A stretch of DNA of 64,000 nt, from the NCBI GenBank assembly GCA_965649825.1, contig OZ287701.1, forward strand, positions 485,101-549,100, read 5' to 3'. This document shows positions 37,001 to 47,000 of this stretch, piece by piece; positions within the stretch are counted from its first letter, which is position 1; each line of letters starts with the position of its first letter. The DNA comes from Penicillus capitatus. Taxonomy: Eukaryota > Plantae > Chlorophyta. Both the position numbers and the translations under genes were made by a program. Below the pieces are notes generated by a model, which saw only the letters and a program-made list of their open reading frames with translations, was not told the DNA's origin and searched no databases.

Positions 37001-37575
37001 TCACGGGGCGGAAGTAAACGCTGTTGATAACAAAGGATGGAATGCTCTTCACAGGGCCTCTCGTCATGGACACAATGAGATCGTTACCGTAAACACAAGA
37101 ACGCATGACGTTTCTACCTCGGCGTTCTTCTGTTTGCAGGAACTCGTCGTTCACCAGGCGGATGTCTCTAGTACCAATGGCAAGGGTTGGACGGCTCTGC
37201 ACATGGCATCGCGTCACGGACACACCAAGAGCGTCAGAGTGCACACCACGTCTACTTCGAATCGCAGTGACTGATGAGATGTGAATGTGCAGAACCTTCT
37301 TGATCACGGGGCAGACGTTCAGGCTGTTGAAGAAGATGGCTGGACACCGCTTCACTTGGCATCTCACGCTGGACATTTTCGCATTGCCAAAGTAAACTCG
37401 CGTAACACGCATAGCGTATGGCGAAATTGCAGTTTAGGATCTTGTCGTTTTCGGGGCCTTCAAGGAAAGCCGCACGAAAACTGGAGAGAATCCGTTGGGT
37501 CTCGTTTGCACGACATCGCACTGTCATTGTTCAAGCGAGATTCATTCGGCGCTTGAAGAACTATTGACGCCATAA
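34010..37575 (+). CDS. Secreted trypsin-like (S1) serine protease fused to an ankyrin-repeat array
   Basis: Signal-like [16 protein letters not shown]. Protease motifs: RFPYACSL...[49 protein letters not shown]. Two linker exons follow, then one 105-nt and ten 99-nt ankyrin exons (35940-37391), and a terminal exon 37438-37575 ending ...SALEELLTP*. Confidence 0.88.
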
Positions 37576-38339
37576 ACCTCTGTTTCTTATAATTTGTTCT
37601 TTATCCATTGCATTTGCGGTTTCTCCCCTTTGTTTTTTATTCAAAACCCCTTATGTGGCACTAACAACTTCTGCAGTTGGCTTTGATTGGTATAGCTCAT
37701 AAACCGTATTTATCATTTTATTGACAGGCATTGGACCCATTCCTTTTAAGGTTGTTTTCAATTAACGACGAGAAATGAGACTTCTCAAAGTCACAGATGT
37801 CATTTGACAGATCTGCATTGTAAGAGAAGTCTCTTTGTGGTGAATCGAACAGCCGTTTATCGGTTTAGGACCTCAATCATGCAGCCGGGCGTATGTCATT
37901 GAGACTTCGGAGAAGGAATTCAAAAATAAGAGAGATCACGCGATACAGGGTTACTAATCGTTGAGCACATCTTGTCTTCCTCGATACGCTGTGCAGATCA
38001 CTAACTACAAATCGACTCAACTCATAATCGTCACAGAAGAAACGGTTAAACGCTTGTGACTTGGCATCGCTGCTTTGTCACGTGTCGTCAGATAGTTATC
38101 GCCGGCATGATCCAGCATCGCAAAATCGGCACGTCGGATTAAATATGACGAACTGTGCATTCGAAGTCAAGATCAATCGACCGATGTTCTTGAAAAATCA
38201 CACCAAATGCCGCGATCAAGTGAGTCAGTTCAGTTCGAATATACCGAACTTCCGTTTAAATCGGGCATCCTCGATCGTTTAATTTTCAGCCGTCCAAGTG
38301 TATAAAGGCACCGGACCGTTCGATTTTAGCGTCCGTACA

Positions 38340-39970
38340 ATGCCGGAGTCTTTCGAACTTTTAAAAGAAGAATGGATTCATCCGCAAGGCGTCCAAGACG
38401 GAACGTTTCGTCTGGCGCCAATCGACGTCTACTCTCTCAACACTTTCGTCTTTATTTCGTGGCCATTTTTCTTCGACTACGATGTGGATGCTGAACACTT
38501 AAAAGAGGCTCTAGAAAAGCTGTCCGTCAAGTATCCAATCCTCTGTGGCAGAGTGGTGCCAGACGTCGATACACGTTACCGCATTGAAGTGCGGAAACAC
38601 CGTCGCCTTTCGAAGACACCCAATAACAGTGATATTCCATGCAGGTCAATTCCGAAAACGCTCAGGCGTTCGGCTTCCCTTTCTTCGAGATGCAAGCGGA
38701 CATGACCATCGCATCCGCCATTCTGACCTATGGCAAGATAACAGCCCCTCATGCCAATTTCCCTGTGTGCCCAGAGATGCCTTTCTTCATGGAAGCTGTA
38801 GACAGCAAAGCCATGCTGAGGTACATTGTCTACTGTCATCCACGATCAAAAGCTAACTGTGTCCTCTAGTGGAGAGAAGGCTCCGGTCGCAGCACGATTG
38901 ACGCATTTCAAGGACGGCTGTGCGGTGACCCTCCTCATTTCTCACATGCTGATGGACGGGCAGCGACTCATCGAGCTGTACCGTGACCTCGGAAGGGCGT
39001 ACCGCGGCGAGGAGATTCCCGACAGATGCCACGACCGTTCCTACATGTGGCCAGATCAGCTGGCCAAGTACTTCACTTTCCTGGGCGACGATATTGCGCA
39101 GTTTCCACGTAAAGTGCTGCCAGAAGCAGAAATGCCATCCTTTGCTCATTTTCAAGACGATTCGTTTTGCCTAGAAGCTCTGTACTTCTCCAAGGTTGTT
39201 CGTCATCTGTCACATCATATCATTCGAAGAGTGTCTTGCAGGAAACGTTGGCAGACATGAAAGCAATGGTGAAGCCGATCTTGGAGGAAGGCCAGTTCGT
39301 CTCATCCAACGATGTCCTCGTCGCCTTCAATTGGATGCTTTCAACCGAAATTCGAAAAAAGCGAACTCGGCCCGTTGTCAGCGGTTCAGATCTCGAAATC
39401 TCGAACACCATGACGCTTACAATAATTGAGTATTTGAAGAACGGCTCCGGTTTTTTTCCGGAGAACTACTGCGGAAATGGCTACGGGTATCGAACGCCGT
39501 CTTTGGAAAGCCTCGATCTCGAAGGAAAGTCTCTTGGAGCGACTTTCGCGGAACTCTCTCTGATAATACGCAAAAGTGTGACAGATTTCAGGACGCAACC
39601 ACAAATTCAGGCAAAGTCAGCGTTGGCGCATTATCTAATTGCTTCGACTGGAGAGTCTGTGATGGACTTTACCGCGTTGAGAGGAGGCGTGACGAACATG
39701 GTGAAGATGCCTACGGCAGAAATCGACTTCGGCGGCGGGTCGCCAAAGATGGCGTACATTGTCGGACCTGCTCCCTATCCTGGAGTTGAGTATGGTGCAG
39801 CAGCACCTGGACCGGGTAAAAGAGATGGGATCATGTTTCATTTGCAAACAACTGAGAAACAGAGCCGCAGGATCAAGACCTCTAGCGTCGTGCGCGAATG
39901 CGCCCCGGGAATGAAGCTGCTTTTCAGCGATTTTTCCGAAGACGAGTTGCACGCGTTGCTCGACATGTGA
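38340..39970 (+). CDS. BAHD/HXXXD-type acyltransferase (Transferase family)
   Basis: LKEALEKLSVKYPILCGRV, catalytic SHMLMDG (HXXXD), VSSNDVLVAFNW, NYCGNG, and C-terminal IDFGGG (DFGWG variant). Three short introns. Confidence 0.9.
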
Positions 39971-41613
39971 CGACATCACACTCTGAAAACTTGGAACGAG
40001 CGAACGAACGGGGCGGTGTTTCCCTTATGTTTCCTATATCTATGACTTTGTGGCAAATTTGTTAAGTGATCAGTCTAGTTAAGTGACATGTCTGAGTTAG
40101 ATATGCATGTGCAGTATGTGTGACACTGAGCTCCTGTTTCATTCGTACCACTCATATTGCGTTGGCCTTGTCTTGTCATAACCGAATTAAGTCTCGGGTG
40201 AAGGATGGATGGTGTCCTGAAGATCTTAGCAGTTTCGTCAGAGAAACGATGGAATGGACGCGAAAGCAAAGCGGTCGATAATCAAAGAAATGCTGATCGG
40301 ATAGTGTTCTCACTGCCTTTCTCTTCTTCTTTGTCTTAGATCACTACAGTGTGAGAACATCGAATACTGGTTGCTTTTCGCGTCGATCAAAAGATGAGAT
40401 CGATCGGCGTTCGGATGCTGCATGCATTTAACGCAAATCGTCGACAAAACTCGATACGATACAGAAACCATCGACACGACGTATTCGCCAGTCAACTTGT
40501 CAGGAATCGAACGATCTATTCCTACCTGTCGTATTTCACCGTTTCGCGATTACTGCCACTGTGAGAGTCGACCTGTCGGCTGAGTCCGAACCGGATGGCG
40601 AGTCGCGCTGGGAGCTCCCTCGGCAATGTTATTTACATAACTGTGGACGAGTACAGCAGACAGTTCTCGCATTAAGTACACCGGATTAAACACGTCAGGT
40701 CATTACGCGAGTCTCCCGTCACGCGTTTTTCCAATTGTCTTCGGCTGGCGTGTCGCCACATGGACGGTTGGCACAACGGCAGCGTCTTCTCGCCAGGAGA
40801 CCCGAGGCGATGGCGGGCGCACCGTCACAGCCACGTCAGCCTGTGATCGATCGATTAGAGAGAACACCGAAGATCGGTTCGCCGATTGCGGATCGTTGGT
40901 CATACCTCTTAACAGAGTGATGGATGCGATGAAATCGTACAGTTATCAATTAATATTCAGGATGTCGTTATTATGATGTTCGACGAAATGCGTTACGTGC
41001 ACTTGAGAGTCAGAGCTACAGTTTTCGATTGCATATCGTTCAAGAAAAAAGAAAAGAGTGCGCTCTCTCCTCCATCACTTACCACGGATACCGCCTGACT
41101 TCTTCCGAACGAAGTAGAGGAATTGCACGAGAATGTATTTTGACATGGACAGGATGCACGATCCACGACGCTCTTTAGTTTCATCGACTACTCTTTGTCG
41201 ACAAATGGCGATTTCGATAAGGGAACAGCGTACTTGATAAGTAGGTAACTAGCGTGTTCTTCCACGCCAACAGGTAGGTACTGCTTTGGTTTGCTTTGAA
41301 ATCTCAAATCGATCGTCATTGGTCTTATAAACAGATCTATCAAACGCTTTTCCGAAACGACCTTATCGATCGCTGCTAACTTATATTTATTCGATCGATC
41401 TTTAGCTCGTTAGTACCTGCTTTGTTCTAGACGCATCCGAGCTTCGCAATCGGCGAGAAGAATAATCGAGGGCAAGGTATTCGTGTTTAGACCGCCGACG
41501 GAACATTTTCTACTATGTGAGACATTTAAACAGGTCCGTTTGTACACATCGATTGCGCTTTGCTCGATGTTAGCGATGAAGTTTTTGTTTCGTTCGTGAA
41601 TGTAGTGTCACTG

Positions 41614-42560
41614 TCAAGAACCCGAAAAGACAAGAAGAACTGAAGAAGAAGATGACGCATGACGTGAAGCATGACGAGACCATAACGTCATGATACGAAT
41701 GCATATAAAAAGGGGGTTAAAGAACTTTGAATGTCTTTTTGAAAAACAACACCTGTCTTTAAAAACAACGTTTGCGCTACACTCGTTTCCAACGTTACAG
41801 TAGCCTGGCGTTTCTTGTAACGAAACGACACTCTGACATATTTGCCTCATTCGCACACAAAAAAAATCTTGGGAGAGAACTGCGGTTTAGCCGTCGGAGG
41901 TTTACCATAGCTGATGATCTAAGGCGCCACTGATCCTACGGTGGGGCTTCAACGACTGGCTGAGCTCGCCGTAATTTAGTGTCACTGAGATGAAAAGACT
42001 TGTCTTCCGGTAAGAGATACTCTTTGTTAAGGTATCCAACTCGAAGTAAGACAAGGCATCGAGTTGTGAGGTCGAAGTGACGTTTTCGATTGTTTGACGC
42101 TGAGAACAGCTTATGTTCGTCTCATATCCTTTGACAGCCACCTATCTGCAAGTGCGTGTGTTCTGCGTTAGTTCGTTCGCCGCGGGAAAGCATGAAGGTC
42201 GACATCAGGTTATATGACCGAACTCTTTCAAGAATGATCAGGACAGCTGTGACTGCTGTGAAGACACCTTGTCAGTCTCTTTGCTCTCTACGGTATCCCA
42301 GATGTCCTCAGACGTAACGAGAACTTCTCCATGGTTTGCGCGATGGCGAGGGCTCCTATGGGATGAGGAGCGAAAAAAGTGTTGCTCGTCTTTGGAACGA
42401 CACATCTCACACACAGAGAGGAAGTCTCGGATAAGATGAATAAACCAAAGAAGATAGCAAAGACCAAACCGGCAATGCCGAGAATAGACAACTTAGTTAC
42501 AAGGAACGGCAAATGTTCGCAACAACAGAACAGATTGTAAACTCAGATAGTCAGACATAT
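41614..42560 (-). CDS. Possible type II membrane protein gene or gene fragment
   Basis: Hydrophobic segment LSILGIAGLVFAIFFGLFIL followed by exons that splice in frame (SPRHRANHGEVLVTSEDIWDTVESKETDK/VAVKGYETNISCSQ...). The 3' part could not be spliced without a stop. Confidence 0.3.
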
Positions 42561-42653
42561 CAGGATCTCACAGTGCGTACGAAAGGTTTGAAAACGCCTT
42601 AGAATGCAATTCAAAAAGAACCAAGTAAAGTAGGCTAGGCAACATCCAACACT

Positions 42654-43500
42654 TTAAATGTCACCGAAACGTTTATGCATTTTGTTCAATCTCTCCATGC
42701 ACAACAAAGATTCATTGTCCATTCCGATTCTTGACAAACAAACAGCACAAGTGCTCATGCAATCGACGGTGTCCGGATGGTCCGTGTCGCCGTGGAGGCG
42801 CTCGCACATGTCGAGGGCCCTCTTGTACAGCGGCACGGCCTCGTTGTCTCTCCCCGTTCGTCCGAGTCCGACGGCGTAGCTCTTGATGCACTGGACGGTG
42901 TCCGCATGGTCCGCGTCGCCGTGAAGGCGCTCGTATATGTCGAGGGCTTTTTGAGCATAGGTAAGCGGTTCTTGCAACATGCATATCTCTCTGTAGGATC
43001 GTGTCGTGTGTTGGAGTAACTCAATTTCCACGCTAGAGTCCTCCGAGCTCTCGCAGTGTTTGAGAAGTGTCGACCCGTTTCTTGAGAGCAAAGATTACTG
43101 TTCTCGGTTCGAACGGTCCGTTCTCCACTCGTCGATGTATCGGCCGATTGAATCCACTATGGTCTTCACGTGGTCTCCGATTGTGCTCTTTAATTGTTCT
43201 TCGGATTCTGGAATGTGGCTGGAAGCACTGTCGTTGGTCTTTAGGAGGAGGTGTCTTACTAAAGTTGCGTCTCGGCGTGGATGTAGATTTTATTCGTCTT
43301 TCTGTCCCACGCGATGTGAGAGAAGCGCTTAAGGATCCTTATGGAATTCTGCTTTTTCCCCGGACTGTCCATCATCACCTTCGTGTCACTTGTACATCCA
43401 CTCGACAGGCACACCATTCGGATCGAGCAGCGCTAGCTTGGTGAGAATGTCGAGCGAACGGCGGCCGAGGTCGTTAGGTTCCTCCGAAATCCGCTTGCGC
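42654..43500 (-). pseudogene. Decayed STAND/NLR-like gene: winged-helix plus TPR repeats
   Basis: Conceptual translation: RRSLDILTKLALLDPNGVPVEWMYK*HEG...IRILKRFSHIAWDRKTNKIYIHAETQ[frameshift]LVRHLLL...DRSNREQ*SLLSRNGSTLLKHC...AQKALDIYERLHGDADHADTVQCIKSYAVGLGRTGRDNEAVPLYKRALDMCERLHGDTDHPDTV. In-frame stops at 43386-43388 (TGA) and 43095-43097 (TAA); 1-nt frameshift near 43262. Confidence 0.75.
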
Positions 43501-44085
43501 TACACTTCTCTCAGTGTTCCATTTGTGACGTTGACCTCTGCAGAGGCGCACGATCACTTCGCCTTGTCAAATTCCGCGACAAAAATTGACTACTTCTTTT
43601 AAACAAAGACAGAAAACGGAAAGAAGAGAAAAAGATGTAGAGAATAGAGTTCTCGCTGAGACCCCGTCGACAGCGGATGGGTTTATGTGTTCTCGAAGTC
43701 GTATTGAAGATGATATGACTTGGCTTGCTGCCATAAGCCAGACATCTTTCTGTCCGAACGCAAATGTTTCGCTGACAAGTGTGTAGAATCTCATGGCCGA
43801 TGAAGTCGTCTGTATGCAATGCAGTTGACGGCAATGCCGTTGAAGCTCTTTTGTTCGCTTTGCGAAGGAGAGGCGAGATGCGCGGCGTTTTCGTCACGTC
43901 ACATACTTACAAACTGTCACAGAGAAAGCGCATTGCTCACTCTATTGAGTGCAAAATGCAGGTCACTCTTTTCAGCAAGGAAAAGGAGGAAAAGTCCCGT
44001 CACAGCTTCGGATATTGAGCTCCATTTACGAGCTCAGCTTGCGAAAAGAAAAGACTGTCTATCATGCTAATGGATGTCGATTTGC

Positions 44086-47000
44086 TTATGCCTCGACGGC
44101 CAATTGCTCGGCATTGTCGGGGTCTCCAGATGTACCGCACAATTTGCCAATCGAATATTTGAACTCGTAGCTGATCCAGTGCGCCAGAACGCGAAACATG
44201 CCAGCGTCAGGTGCGACGTGCTCGTTGCGGTCCCTTAGCTTATACTTCAGGAACTCAGCTGCAAACTTGAGAATGTAGAAAAGGAAAACGCAAAATACGA
44301 TGACATTCAGCAAAGCGCACGCGACTGTGAGCAACTCGCGAGTGACGTTTTCCGGATAACTCTCGTCTTTGAGCATGGAAGCTGCCAACGTCGTCGCCAC
44401 TGACACGAAAAGAGACGCCAGTTCCATTCCATTGAGGTCTTTGAAGTCTTCACGAAACGGCGTTGCCAGAATCTGAGACAGGATGGCAAGCATGATGACA
44501 TATGCGACGCCGGTGATTGGCAGTCCGCTGTCGAACAGGTGCGCGCAGAACACCAGAAAAGCAATAATGGCCTTCCTTGCGACGATGGCAACTTCCCAGT
44601 ATCGGCGATGATCCATTCTGTAAGATCGGTAAAGAAATCCTGTCGTCTGGTACGCCCAGCTGCTCTTGTGGCTAAGGTGTTGCGGCGACCTCTTGAGGAA
44701 GACGACGAAAAGCGCGAGCAGTCCGCCGTACACTGGACACACGAACGCAACGACCACTCCGCAGAGGAGTTTCGCGTGGTCGCCTTCGTAGCACCTCATG
44801 CCCGTGTCGACAGCCCAGTATGTGCGGGTCGCGTTGACTTGCGTAAAGTCTGCTGAGTCGTGCACGTTGACGCAGAGGAAGACGCTCAATGCGGTCTTCA
44901 ACACCGGCACAAGCGTAACATACCAGATGACCATCGCCGAAAGCACGGATCTCTTCGGCAGGAAGCGTTGAAGTCTGTTGCTTTCGGGTCTCGCCGATCT
45001 CGCCGCCCAGAACACGATCCAACAGAGAAGCACGGAGCATGGGACGATGCACACGCTGACGACGAGTGCCAGAGCTGTCGGCTGCAAGGACAGGTGTTCT
45101 GACGTCAGACACACGACGGATCCCCGAATGCCTTCAGACGCGAGACCTCCAAGTAACTCTGGCGGCAGAAAGAAAGTCGACACGCGGAAACCTATGAAAT
45201 TTTGGTCTCACCTGCCACTGTCGCCATAACGATCACAGGAATCGCCCATCTTACGTCAAGAGAAGCCAGAAGAACAGTCGTTTGGACGTAGCTCAGAGTG
45301 ATCTACAAGACAATGAGTTCAGTGCGAGCTAAGTAGGTTGACGTGTGCCTTGAACATTTCGACGGCTTTCCATTTGGCCAAAGTTTTTTCGGAAGCAGGC
45401 ACTCCGGCGGTTTCGATCTAAAGCTTACTCGTTCGGGTGGATGCGCTGATGATGTGATTCTAGACTTACTTCCCTTCCGAGGCGTGGCGATTCGATGACT
45501 TCCTCCGACGTAGACGGTGCTCTCTGCTCATGAGTCTGCACGGTCTCTCCGCGAAGAACGCTGACCGTGCCGTGGATCGTTATGCCCGTCATAACCAGAA
45601 GAATGATCACCGACGTCAGAATGTAGATCACGTTGAAGATGCCCTTCAAGCACCGTTTGCATTTGGAGGATAGACCTGACCCGAAGTCGTCCTCACAAGA
45701 TCCACAGAGCGGTCCTGTGTGACCCTTCGAAGAAACAATCGTATGATTCAAACGTCCGAAGAGTCAAGTATGTAGTTTACTTCGGCACATTGAGCTTGCA
45801 TGTAATCTTCGATCCATTCTTCTTCGAGATCACAGCTCGAGACATTTTCAACCATGGCATTCAACTTTTCGGAACGGCCTTGGAACTCACATGCGGAGGC
45901 AGGCAGACATCTGTGAAGATTATCAGAGCACGGCGTCTTCAGCCAGTAGCCTTCTTCTGGTGTGATCACTCGAGATTCGCAGTTCCCATTCTCCGGACAA
46001 GGATGGCAAACGGTCGCTGAAAGGAGGAAGTTGTACGTCGTGCTGCTGCAGCTCTCACAGAATCCAGCATTCGACACAAACTCGCCGACGGAACAGTTGT
46101 GGACTCTCACGGTAATCCCGACGTCCTTGATTGCCTCTCTGTCAAATTCGACGATCAAGCTGTACTCTCCCGGAGGTACGAAGCCTTTGATGGATTGAAA
46201 TCTACAGGATCCGTTCTCCATCGACAGAAGAATCGGCCAAGCCAAGAATTCACGACTCGGCGAGAACATGTTAGCATTGACTCGGCGGATGACTCTTGTA
46301 ATTCTTTGCCCCAGTCCATCGAGTAGCTTCACCGTCGCCGTCGGCAGATCTGTGCCAATTTGGTATCCATCTATCACACAGTTCGCTCCTCCGCTCACGC
46401 AGATGATCTTGTTGGCGTCCTCTAGTGTCATCTGTGCAGCTGAGGCATACGTCGCGACATCCTGTCCATAGACCTCGGCTCGATTGCCTTTCCACGACGA
46501 GCAGATGTCCTTTTCCGATGCGACATATCTCAGATCTTTCCACTCTTGCTCCTTGTAAAAGTCTAATCCTGCGTCTGACGAAGCTTCGGTGCAATGAAAA
46601 CGGATGGCTTCTAAGTATCCAGCGAAGACTGCTCCTCCCGCGATGCTGGCTTCATTGCTTGAGAACTGTGTTCCCGACAAAACCATGACGGGACAGTCGG
46701 TGCCGTTGGCGAGGCATTCTTCTATGCTTTCACTGTAGTCGTAGAAGAGTGCACCTAGAAGTACGCATCGTTGACGGTCAGTCTTACAAAAAAAGGTCGG
46801 TGCCTACCTCCCACCTTGGCCACATTGTTCTCGAATTGACTTTGGACTAATTGCAAAGCCAGACTCTGATCCAAATCAGCGTCAAAGAAGATTACACCGC
46901 CATTGCCTCCTCTCGCCGAGTTGTTGTGAAGCTTACAGTCCGAACAAAGGACGGTTGATGACTCAAAGCCATACACACCACCACCGCTTTCGTCCGCTTG

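Noticed and set aside
43095-43097. In-frame TAA as a sign of the ulvophycean TAA/TAG=Gln code
   Set aside because: The conserved genes contain no in-frame TAA/TAG, and several end in TAA (7865, 16797, 37575). The same locus also has a TGA stop and a frameshift, so it is a pseudogene.
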